Positions 1-11,502 of a DNA stretch of 64,000 bases are shown here, piece after piece. Both the position numbers and the translations under genes were made by a program. The notes under the pieces are model-generated. The model ran no database searches. It saw only the letters and a program-made list of their open reading frames with translations, and had not been told where the DNA came from. Position 1 is the stretch's first letter, and each line of letters opens with the position of its first letter. Source of the stretch: Bugula neritina (taxonomy: Eukaryota; Animalia; Bryozoa); assembly GCA_964035545.1 (NCBI GenBank), contig OZ037773.1, positions 3,625,751 to 3,689,750 on the forward strand. Direction: 5' to 3'.

Positions 1-58
1 CTTTGGCTGAAAAGTTCATACTGGCAGATCCTCTATACTGCCTTCACTACTAACAATA

Positions 59-257
59 ATTTTAGGTATTAATGGCAAAAAATGGAAAATTAGGTGAAAA
101 TGGCACACTGGTGTTAAATTTTCCCAAACTACAAACTCAAACCCCCATTCCCACCCCGAACCCTAATATTGGAGATACGTCATTTTTACCTACTTTGCGT
201 TTTGTGCCATCGAATTACCTGTGCAATTTTCACTGATGCCATTTTTACCGGACATCC
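59..257. mobile_element. Degenerate non-autonomous DNA element with possible 9-bp TSD
   Basis: AAAATGGCA-type motifs at left, TGCCATTTTT-type at right, CCCTAA-like core; CTAACAATA at 50-58 and 258-266. Confidence 0.5.
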
Positions 258-912
258 CTAACAATAGCTATAAGAGTATATTTATTTCACATTTCATTAA
301 ATATATTTCTATTGCTTATGGAAATGTATACTGGAAGTTTTTTATAGGGTAAATTTCCTTTCCCCCATCAAACTAATGGCTAAGTTGAGAAGACATTATA
401 TACCTTTGATAGATTACAGCTGCATTATAATATAGAAACTATACTGTTTGGTTTTAAGTGCATAGATTTTGTATAATTTGGGTTTGGAGCGTATAATTGC
501 TTTCCTCCATAGTCAAACGACTTCTCATGCTAGAACTTACACTATCCAAGAGGTGTATAATTCTGCACCTCCTATTAACTCTAGGGTGTTCAGTGACATG
601 ATCTTATCACAGTTTAGTAGAGACTGTTATAAGTATAGATTAGGTAGACTATACCTAGCTTGGCGTAGCTGTGCTGTATTTACTCTTATTTGTTAGTAAC
701 ACATCAGAGGTTATAAAATCCGCATCAAGTTCTTGTTTATAAGAAATATAAAACTAGAAATATGAAGAAGGGGAGATAGATATGCCCCCCAACATTCCGT
801 ATAAGTTCACATTAGTGATTATTTCTACACACCAAGAACAAAATAATGTTTAAAATAGGATTTTAATCATTTATACTAACATTAGAATGTTACGTACTTA
901 ATTATAGCCTAG

Positions 913-915
<3 letters not shown>

Positions 916-962
<47 letters not shown>
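916..962. repeat. (TA)n microsatellite
   Basis: Pure AT dinucleotide run just upstream of the first SLC5 exon in the window. Confidence 0.95.
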
Positions 963-967
<5 letters not shown>

Positions 968-988
968 CAACTAAACATTTACTTGCAG

Positions 989-3900
989 TCGTCATGTCTG
1001 AACAGAGGATCTGTTGGAGGATATTTTCTGGCTGGAAGAAACATGCACTGGGTGTTGGTAAGTGTGATAACTTCATAGTAGAGTTGTTGTAGTTTGCTAA
1101 AAAATGCTGCTGTTCTAAAGACATCTGAAAACCTGGCAGCATGCCCTAGAATTTCAGCAATAAATTTAGATTTATGACAAGTGGGTTGGTTCAAAGAATG
1201 TTGCGGCAGCTGCTGCCTAAGAATGTGAATTGGTTTAAAATCAAAGTACTGGATTGGCAGCTTTCTGTTCAACTGTACAACTGCTCCTGTTTTTAGACGC
1301 TTTCAATCCATTTAACAAATATTTTCTGACAGCTATGTGGCACTGATTTCCTGGTAATTGTATTCTGTTCTGTGGTGGCCTAGATAAACTATAGATCTTA
1401 GGGTAGCTGACACTGTTTCTGTTGGAAGCAACTGCTCTCGTTGTGTTCAGTATTATTATTCATTAGGTAAGATTTCAACCCATACGCCAAGTCAAACATT
1501 TAAGAACCTAGGTTATACAATGTTCTCCAATTTCTTTCAATTTGATGCTGATTGTTAAACAGTATCCTGATTTATGGCTTAAAACCTGAAAGAAAGGTTA
1601 TTATGATACTTAATGATATAATCATAAAGTTTCTATTCTCGTAAACAATGGATATGGTCAAAATATAGCAAAAAACATTCTTCCTCAAGTAATAAGTTGT
1701 TGATGAAGTAAAGAAAAATTGCTTCATACATCAGCTTGCATCTAAGTAAAATAGATGTCCTACATTTTGTGCCTGATTAATGTCAAACATAGCTGAGGCT
1801 ATGGTTACCATGGTAACAGTGTGAGGCTACGGGTGCCATAGCAACATGGGGACAATGCTGACTATAAAATAGCACTCCTGTTTGTCTAAGGGTATAATAA
1901 AATGTTATGTAATGATGTTTATTCCCACATAGAGACATTTAACCAGTAATTCAATAGTACCCCCTAATCACCCTGATCCTACTGTTATAATTGTAAACTT
2001 TGAGAATAAGATAGTCTAACATTACGTAACATGCATTGTGTGCAGCTCTGAATGGGTTACATAACCCAGTAAATAAAGCAGATAACTATCAAAGAGTTTG
2101 TTAAATAAAGTTGGTCACGAAGTTATTACTGTAGGTGTTATTCAGTGAGTTGAGAAACTAAGAAATGTGGCTTTGCTAACTGCAATAAGTAAATTATACT
2201 TTAAATATCTTATTTATCTAAACAGGTAAATAAGTACACTGAATCATTTTCAAATAAATCTCGACCTGAGTGGCATAAAAAGAAATTTTTAGATGTATGA
2301 ATTAAACAGTGCCTGAATTGTTCTCTTCACATAACTGCTCTTTGTAGTACTTGAGGTCAACTGGTATATAAATGGGAACGGGCATAAGTCTTAGCCTGTA
2401 AACCTGTGCAGTCAAAGGCAAGTTAGGGGGCAATAACTAGGCCCACCCTAACAATATGCTTTGTAAACTGCAACACTTGGGTTCATATAAACTGAAGACA
2501 ATGTTGAACAAAACCATTCAACAATTCCAATCTCCTGATTTTTACACATGCATATAATTATATGTCATGTTACATGTTATGTGAAAGCAGATACGTAAAT
2601 AATGTTCATGTTTTTAACTCTCAGTAATCAAAGGGGTCCACAACTCTCGACAACCTGATAGCACGTGGTACTTGTAGTTGTAACAAATTCAACACTCACA
2701 CATGCGTGATTTGATTATAGTTTAGACTACTATTGGATGTATACTTCATCTCCATGAGGTGAAATTAATCAATGACAACAATCTGTTTCACTGAGTGTAG
2801 TAATTCACTGCGTTTCCATTGGTTCGAGTGGATCCAAACAGGTGTATGCTCCTAAGGGTGGATGTGGTTGCAGTTTGCATGGTTTCATTCAATGCAATTG
2901 TTCTCAAACATTGAATGAAAAATCCATTCAAATCCAAAAATTTCCAAGCTTCCAGAATTATATTAGAATAGAGTTTCGAAACAGGTGCAACTGCAGTGAT
3001 TAAGCATGCTATCCTCTAACAAACAAAATCTCTAAAAAAATCCCTTAGCAGCTCCTATAGTGGCTGTAGCTAAATTAGTCACATTTAGAATGTTTCAGGG
3101 TTGAACAGCAGATAACTAATTATACATTTTGGTCATCTTCTACAGCGATATCACATTCAACTGCTGAACATTTGCACCCTATCATTATACATTGTCTCTT
3201 TACCACATTATACAAATGTGTATACAGTGGCAACAAATATTTTATCCTCTTAGAAATCTTGGCAGTTTAATGTTGCAATGTACTTCATGGTTGGCTAAAA
3301 TCAAGGGGAGATAATAGATAAAAATTTCAACACACACTGTAGTTTGTGAATATATCAACCAATATCTATTTGTGTTAGCAAGCTGCTGGTAATAATTGTC
3401 AAGTTGAGTTACAATTACTAACTGTTTGTACTTTTAAAATATTTAAATTCTAAAACTATGTGTATTAATGTAGTCAAGGAGTAATGTGACTGTAACTCTA
3501 TTTAGGAAACGCAAGCCTGACCACCCTCCTTCCTTTCAAAGGGTGCCTAGTTTATATTTCCTGTATGAACATTTCACCTTATATGACTTGGGAATGTGTT
3601 TGTATGCCTTCTGTATATGTAGATTGACAGATACACCATTCTCCCATTAGTAGTGCACAAGATTCAGGCACTTGATAACCTTATGAAACAGCTGTAGTTC
3701 TATTCTCTCTAAATGTTGACATTTCATTGTTTAGCACAAGTTGTATCACAATAGCTGTGTAAGATATCATTGTTATGCGAGACCTCATTGCTATGTAAAA
3801 TATCACACTAGGTTGAAATATTGTTTTAATGTGAGACCTCATTGCTGTGTTGCGATGTCATTGCTGTGTTGCGATGTCATTGCTGTGCTAGAAAGCATTT

Positions 3901-6900
3901 TAATACAGATATTTTGATCACAAAATATCTAATTTAGATTTCATTAAAAAAAAAAATGCCAGAACCGGAGAAATGCATTGATGCATTGAATTATACTTCT
4001 TATACTAAATTTTTTTTCTCCTATAAACCTTTAATTAATTGAAAGGTAATGTACAAATGTATGGGCTGTTTGTGCTCGTAGAGTTCTGTACTAATAAATT
4101 TTTGTGTTGTGTCTTTTTAGGTAGGAGCCTCTCTATTCGCTAGTAACATTGGAAGCGGCCATTTCATTGGATTAGCTGGCTCAGGGGCAGCTTCTGGAGT
4201 TGCGATATCTATTTTTGAGCTCAGTGTAAGATGCATTCCATAACTAGTAATTTGTAAAATGTAGTAGATGATGGAATTTAAACAATCTATGTTAATTACA
4301 TTCACCATTACTGAAAGCATAATTACTGTTCTATATATGGACATTTCACTATTATATAATGTTGATAATCTTTGTGTAATTTATAGAAATGTGCTTGTTA
4401 TATTTACATTACAATACACTCTGTAAGTTATGACTTATATTGCAGGCTATATTCATTCTCCTACTGCTGGGATGGGTGTTTGTACCAGTCTACATAACCT
4501 CAGGGGTAAGAGAAGATAACTTTAGAAACCCAAATTCAACTTCGTAGAACCCTCATAGAATGAAATAATTAAAAACATTAAAATTTCCTTTTTAAAAATA
4601 GCAGAAAATACATTCAATTCTTTACGTAGTGTGTAATGTTGCTTTGAAAAATTTGTGTAATATTATCTATGAAAATATACTTTTGTTCTGCTGCAGATAA
4701 TACTTTTGTTTTGCTGCAGGTTTACACAATGCCGGAGTACTTGAAGAAGAGGTTTGGTGGTGAGAGAATTCGGGTGTATTTGGCGGTGTTGGCCGTCATC
4801 TTATACGTCTTCACTAAAGTATCGGTGAGAAATCTGATAGTTCCTCTATAAATGTAAGCAGATGCTTTAGAAAACAAACTCTAATATTTCTTAGAAACCT
4901 TTTAGAAGTATTTCTGCAAATAAGTCAATAACTCTAAAACAATATAATAGAAGTTTAGAAAAAAATTAAAGGATGTTAATGTGCTGCGTTATGAACTAAC
5001 ATGACGTTATTAATGTACTATAAAAAGGCAGCTCTACTTGTGAAAAGTTGGAAAATCTACAACCATATATTGGCCTATTTGTTTTGCTTAGTCGTTAAGG
5101 TGGTGGGATTACACACATTATACCATGTATAACAACAGCATAAGTATTTTTGTTAACCTATATCTAGTATATTGCAGGTATTGTTGTATAGTATTATGCC
5201 TTTAGTTACAAAACAAAATAAACTGTATCACAATTGTAGAATAGTGCAATATTATTTATGTTAAGATAAAGTTGCACATATAAACATAAAATGCCATTTG
5301 TCAACTTAGAAATAGCTACGTAATATTTAAAGAATATTATAATAGTAATTATATTGCTAATTTAGTTTGAATCAATGTCATTATAGTATCTTTTATATTC
5401 GAGCAAGTTGTTATGTCATTTAGCAAGCTTGAGTTCTTCTTTTTTTATCCAACATGATTCCTTTTATGTTTAAGATATACTCTGCAGTGTAGAAAAACAA
5501 ACATGTGAAAATAAAGTATCCCAGAGCAGTTATTAGTCTTAGATAATAAGTTTATAAAAACACATACTCCATCCTGTATCATGCAATATATTTCTCTGAT
5601 GCATATCATTTTGTAAGTCATTTAAAGATTGTAAGATATATATTGAGAGAGGAGTTTTACCATGTCTCCCTGACAGGCTGATCTGTTTGCTGGAGCAGTC
5701 TTCATAGAACAGAGCTTAGGCTGGAACATCTGGGGAGCCATCATAGCACTTCTCATCCTCGCCATGGTGTTTACTATCGGAGGTACTTCTCTGTCTGTTT
5801 GTCTGCTTGTATTGATCTCTAGATCTTGGTTACTTTTACTCAAGAAAACATTTCTATTTATTATAAAACCATGTGATTTCTGTAGCACTCTCAGGGCTTT
5901 GATTTTATACTTGTTTCTACTTTATTAAAGCTAATAACTTTTTTTTGTCGATTATCGATATTAATATCAATATTCTCGTGACATACAGTAAAAAGTAGTT
6001 ATTAAATAGTCGATTTGCGTGTGTTGTTTGTGTTGTGCGTGTTATTTGTGTTTTGTATGTTTTGTATTACAATCATTGTTACACAGAATATATTTACTCC
6101 ACTATATAATACATTATAATATAATATAATATAATATAATATAATATGATATAAGACTTGCTGTTATTTGAAGGAGGACTTAGCGCTGTTATCTGGACAG
6201 ACTTTGTGCAAGTTTTCATTATGATCATCGGAGCTTTTGTCCTCATGGTTATCAGTGAGTACCACTGTTCTTGGTGAATAAATATCAGAGTTGTCTGCTC
6301 ATTATGAATATCGGAATTGTTTTCTCATTTTGAAATAAAATAAATGTTAACTCCTTATACTGGTTTCTGTAGGTTTCACTAGAATTGGAGGCTATGCAGG
6401 ACTAGAGGAGAAGTTTCTGGGTCCGGAGGCGTGGCCTAATTTCACTAGACAGTATGTGGACATGGTAGAGGCGGGGCAGAATGTGTCTGATCACATGGAG
6501 ACGTATGCCAAGTGTGGTAAGGGCAGATAATAACTAAACTTATTTCAAAAAACTTCAACAGAGAAGAGTGTTTAAGCCTAGGGCCACACGGCGCGTATTT
6601 TCGCATGCGAAAGTTGAAATCACAAGTAGCAAAGGTGTCCACTGTACGCGTTGAGAAAACATTCGCACTTGTCGCTCTGCATTTTCAACGCAAGTGCGAA
6701 TCGTCTCTGTCGTCGTCACCTAATTGGCTGGTAGTTATTCAGCGAGCCCAATTTCTTTATTTTAGTGCTACATTCCAGTAAATTGCGTTTTATTGAACGC
6801 GAGTGCGATTTAAAAATGAAAGCTTTATTGATAACGCTTCACTGACGCTACAGTGGACACCTTTGCTACTTGTGATTTTAATTTTCGCATGCGAAAATAC

Positions 6901-9900
6901 GCACAGTGTGGCCCTAGGCTTAGTCAAAGGTGGGAAAAACTAGTTTAAATGTTCTCAAGTTTATAAAAGGCATTAGCATATTATTTATAATATATGAGTC
7001 CGGAGTCATTCTCTAATTAACCAATCGGCTTCCTTGTAGGTATGACAAACCAGAACGCCTTTCACTTGATGAGACGTGCTGACGACAGCAGTCTACCATG
7101 GCCAGGGATAATGTTTGGACTTACCATATCCAGTGTGTGGTACTGGTGTTCAGATCAGGTATGACTCTACTTTATACGAGTAGCCTAATGTACTTACTCA
7201 AGAAACTTACTTACTGTTAACAGCTGTACATGCCTTAGACATAACTTACCATAAAACACTTACTTTACAGATTTTAGCTTTATAGCTCTCGAACTTTTTC
7301 TTATAACGTCTTGGAGTCAAATTTGATTTGTATCTACAGCAAGTATAAGTTATAAAATTGCTATTTCTATTTAGTTTTGGTTTGACCATTGCTGCAGAAG
7401 TCAAATGGTAGTTACATTGAATACAATTTAAATTGTTTTCAACTATTTTGCCTATTGAGACGTGCTAATCATATTTACAACTCTTTTATTAACAGCGACC
7501 AAACATTCTAGAAAGTAGAGATACACATTTGTATTCTTGTTAGTATTTCCACACGGCTACCTGTGCAGAACTACTGCTGTCTAGGAGAAAAATGAGTATT
7601 CTTATGATCTTTATTACACTATTGTACCTCACTATTTTCTGCAGGTGATTGTACAAAGAGCACTCGCTGCAAAGAACCTAGTGCATGCCAAAGCAGGCAC
7701 AGTGCTTGCAGGTTCCCTCAAGCTGCTTCCTATGTTTATTATGGTATTTCCTGGAATGATATCAAGACTACTTTATCCAGGTATGTCTGACTTGTTTGTG
7801 TTAACATGTGGTACGTCAGTATATGATGTGTCAGCATGTGATGTGTCAGCATGTTATGTGTCAGCATGTTATGTGTCAGTATATGATGTGTCAGCATGTG
7901 ATGTGTCAGTATGTGATGTTTCAGTATATGATGTGCCAGCATGTTATGTGTCAGCATATTATGTGTCAGTATATGATGTGTCAGAGTGTCATGTTTCAGT
8001 ATATGATGTGTCAGCATGTTATGTGTCAGTATATGATGTGTCAGCATGTGATGTGTCAGTATGTGATGTTTCAGTATATGATGTGTCAGTATGTGATGTG
8101 TCAGTATATGATGTGTCAGCATGTGATGTTGACAAATTAATAAAGAGTATTCGATGGAGTCCGAGTATTTTTAAAAATCTACTTCAACTTTACAATATTT
8201 ACTTTTATTACAGAGCTCGTAGCTTGTGCAGATCCTGACAGTTGCAAGGAGATTTGTGGGAACCCTGCAGGATGTACCAACATAGCCTACCCCCTGCTGG
8301 TAGTGAAACTCATGCCAAACGGAGCCAGAGGTCTGATGCTGGCTGTGATGATGTCTGCATTGATGTCTTCACTAACTTCAATATTCAACAGTAGTTCTAC
8401 AATATTTACTATGGACATCTGGAGACGTCTGAGGAAAAACTCATCAGACATGGAGCTCATGATTGTCGGCAGGTGAAGACAGCTCTAATTTATTTTATCC
8501 ACTCATTGTGTAAGATAGCATACAGAGTGAAACATAACTGTAAATCTTGCTATATTTTAATTTAATTTCCTAAATATTCTTATGGCCAAAAGTTTATTAC
8601 TACAATGGATACGATTTGATATGTAGTCTTGATTGCTGGACCAATGAGCTAATGAAAGAAATGTTATTGCTATTTTTAGAGTTTTTGTGTTAGCGATTGT
8701 AGCAGTCAGTATAGCCTGGATTCCAATAATACAGAACATATCAGAGTTGTTTCACTACATACAAGGCATCACCTCCTTTCTCGCACCGCCAGTCTGCGCT
8801 GTCTACGTACTTGGTATTCTCTGGAAGCGAATCAACGAACAGGTATACTATATGCAAAAGCTTTATTATTTAATTCTAAGCACTATGGTTTCAGTGTGAT
8901 TTTAGTCATAATTTGCCATTTTACTCATTGATGGAATTATTTTGGTAAAATCTATTTTCTTATCTGGTTATTGTTATGATTTATAAAATTAACATTTAGT
9001 TGCAGCAACAACAAAATTTTAGTAGCTCAAGTTATTTTAATTTCTTAAAGAATTTTGGTTCAAGACACAAAAAAATGCATTATTTGTCATCTAAACCACA
9101 TGCTTTTCTCAATTTCTCCCTCACTTCAAAATTAAACAGCTCATCAATTACTTAAAATTGAACCTGTTATAAAGATGATGGCTTTATTTTTCAGGGTGCA
9201 TTTTGGGGGCTCATGGTTGGCCTAGTTGTTGGAATGGTCAGGTTTATATGGGAATTCAGCTATGGACCAGCGCCCCCTTGTGGTGAGGAAGATACTCGAC
9301 ACCCTCTGATCGCCAACGTCCACTACCTCCATTTTGGCATTCTGCTGTTTGGAATTGTTGTCATAGTAACCATCGTCATCAGCTTCCTCACTAAGCCAAT
9401 AGACGACAAGCATGTGAGTTCATTTCAATCGGCTCTAAGTTTCTAGAATGAAAAATAATTGCCCCCACCGGGAATTGAACCCGAGACCTCCGGCTTGCAA
9501 GCAAGTGTGCTAACCATTACACCACGGGGACATCTAGGTAAACACAACACTACATACCACTCAGTTCTCTGAACTCCACTGGCCTATCTACTACTCCTTA
9601 AGTCTTCAGGCTCCCCTAGCTACTCAACTCTCTTGAAGTACTACTACACTTCACTAAATGCCGAAATAGCTTGTAAAATAATTTTGCCCCCACTGGGAAT
9701 TGAACCCGAGACCTCTGGCTTGCAAGCAAGTGTGCTAACCATTACACCACGGGGACGACTGGGTAAACACATGACTACATAGAATAAGATGTGATAGGAA
9801 GTAGAAAAATAGTATTTTGAGTAGAGAAATGTGTCTGTAATTGAAATCTTTTGAACCAGATTTCAGGCAACTCTCGTTTTCATCTCCCTTGATCAGAAAA

Positions 9901-10730
9901 TCATATCTTACCTTAGCATGGAGGCTGACAATAGATTATTTTTATCAGCGTATTCATATTTGATGGTAAATTTGATTCTTAAGACATGGTAGTCTTCAAA
10001 CCTCCTTCATTTAAATTCTACTCAGCAATAAGCGAAAATACCTTTTTGATGACTCGAAACTTTTTAAGTTCTATACTGAGTAATGAGTATGCTATTAATA
10101 GAACGTTTTTATTAATAGCATACTCAGCATAATGTGTTACGTAATATTCTATGTATGAAAACTACTCAATTTGAATCTCACTTTTCAGTTGATTAGATTG
10201 ACTTTCCCATCACGATTTGAAGAAGGAGAGAGAGTAGATATTGGAGGAACAGAAAACACCAACTCTAAACCCAAAGTTGGTGTAAATGAGGAGGGATCAG
10301 TAATGCCCCTTACTGAAATAAATAACAAGGAAGAGGTTGATGTTCAAGAAGCAGACTTGGAAGGACAAGAAGACGTGACTGCTAGAAATGGTAAGTTAGA
10401 GTTATCTTCCCATTATAGCTGTGAGTTGAAGTTGCCTTTTCTTTATAGTGATGAGTTAGAGTTGCCCCCATTACAATTGTATTACACTTAACTATTACAT
10501 TATGTACTAATAATATACTTTATTTCACAGCCAGCTTCCCCTGGTATAAGAAAGCCATTTACTGGATTTGCGGAGTAGAGAATATGACATCATCATCTCA
10601 CGACAGCGACAAACCCGTTGAGGAAGCAGATATGAGCATAGATGAAGATCCACGCTGGTCAAGATGGACCAACTTTTCTGCTGTAGTGGTGATGATAGCC
10701 GCGGCATTTGTGTGGGGATTTTATGCCTAA
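989..10730 (+). CDS. SLC5A: Sodium/glucose (sodium/solute) cotransporter, SLC5 SGLT-like, tandem copy A; 5'-partial (exon 1 not in window)
   Basis: 14 in-frame GT-AG exons: 989-1057, 4121-4225, 4446-4505, 4720-4824, 5677-5782, 6174-6254, 6373-6516, 7040-7158, 7645-7780, 8214-8472, 8680-8842, 9195-9413, 10189-10390, 10531-10730 (TAA). SLC5 signatures: [84 protein letters not shown]-terminal FVWGFYA. Orthology within SLC5A1/2/4/9/10/11 not resolvable by eye. Confidence 0.95.
3838..3888. repeat. 19-bp tandem repeat x3
   Basis: CATTGCTGTGTTGCGATGT units. Confidence 0.8.
6575..6920. mobile_element. MITE with about 70-bp terminal inverted repeats
   Basis: AGCCTAGGGCCACAC..TTTTCGCATGCGAAA..CACAAGTAGCAAAGGTGTCCACTGTA at left, near-perfect reverse complement at about 6849-6920; flanked by TA (or TAA/TTA); not present in the paralog B intron. 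Confidence 0.9.
7817..8130. repeat. 15-bp minisatellite
   Basis: TCAGYATRTGATGTG, about 21 copies; source of the VSACD/HHILT/MMCQY ORFs. Confidence 0.95.
9460..9531 (-). pseudogene. tRNA-like sequence (Ala/TGC-like, defective anticodon arm) inside LTR
   Basis: Minus strand GTCCCCGTGGTGTAATGGTTAGCACACTTGCTTGCAAGCCGGAGGTCTCGGGTTCAATTCCCGGTGGGGGCA: 7-bp acceptor stem, D and T arms, A box TGGTGTAATGG, B box GGTTCAATTCC, followed by TTTTT; anticodon stem mismatched. Confidence 0.75.
9685..9756 (-). pseudogene. Second tRNA-like copy inside the other LTR
   Basis: Same 72-nt sequence with two substitutions; followed on the minus strand by AAATTATTTTACA. Confidence 0.75.
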
Positions 10731-11346
10731 AGCCAACAGATTAACTCATTTAGTCTGAGAAATAGGCTTTTTGCCTTAACTAATACTCTCACTTCCTTTT
10801 AATATTTTTTCATGCTAAGAATTTTTATTGGTTAAATGGCATTGAAATTGTGTAACAACATACATGTACATGTGATATAGAGATGGATTTTGAGTAGTTA
10901 TGACTCATTTGTGATGAACTCATTTTATGACTCGAGAAAAAAAGTTTTTATATTTGTTCATTTTTGGTATTTTTTCAATGTGTATCATTTTATTCAAGGT
11001 GATTGGTTAGAATTATTGCTAATTATTTTATAAATAATACTTTTTAAAGCCTGTACAGTACAGCTTAGCGTATAGATTTACAATAGCTAATTACTACAAT
11101 GTGTTTAAGCAAAATAATATATATTCCTAGTATCCAAATACAAAGAAGAAAACTCAGTTATTTTGGAGTTATTTCCCCTTTATATGCTGACACCGCAAGG
11201 CTCCTCCTTGATATCTCTTGTATGTAAAGAGAGAAATATTATAAAGATTTAATGCTAACGGCTATATTTGTGCTAGCTCTACTAATACAGATGTGATAGG
11301 TTTTCTGTTTTTATTCACGGAATTTAGAACTGGCACATACACTTTA

Positions 11347-11502
11347 TAGGAGCGGCATAGTGAAGAAATTGAGATAGCCTAGGTTCTTTAATTTTATTGA
11401 TAAATTTTGGTTTGGGGCGCTGGTTGAAGTTCTCGTGAGAACATAACTTCTTTTGCTAAATTTTTAATCTATAACTCAAGCTTTTCTCTATTACTGCACC
11501 TA
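11347..11502. mobile_element. About 160-bp MITE family, copy 1
   Basis: TAGGAGCGGC..GAAATTGAGATAGCCTA..AGAACATAACTTCTTTTGCTA..ATTACTGCACCTA; homologous to 62770-62931 and 24141-24238. Confidence 0.8.

Larger units (their letters stand above)
9449..9779 (-). mobile_element. Miniature non-autonomous LTR retrotransposon (TRIM) with tRNA-like LTRs
   Basis: Direct repeats 9449-9554 and 9672-9779 (roughly 90% identical), each TG..CA; 117-bp non-coding interior; TAGAA duplicated at 9444-9448 and 9780-9784; absent from the equivalent intron of paralog B. Confidence 0.85.

Noticed and set aside
7739-8238. His-rich, Cys/Met-rich and VSACD repeat ORFs
   Set aside because: 15-bp intronic minisatellite downstream of the exon 10 donor at 7781.
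9460-9756. Two functional tRNA genes
   Set aside because: The anticodon arm does not form a 5-bp stem with a 7-nt loop, and both copies lie inside TSD-flanked LTRs.
10044-10062. Hammerhead-like TGATGA..GAAAC
   Set aside because: Lacks the conserved C of CUGAUGA, and no supporting stems could be formed.
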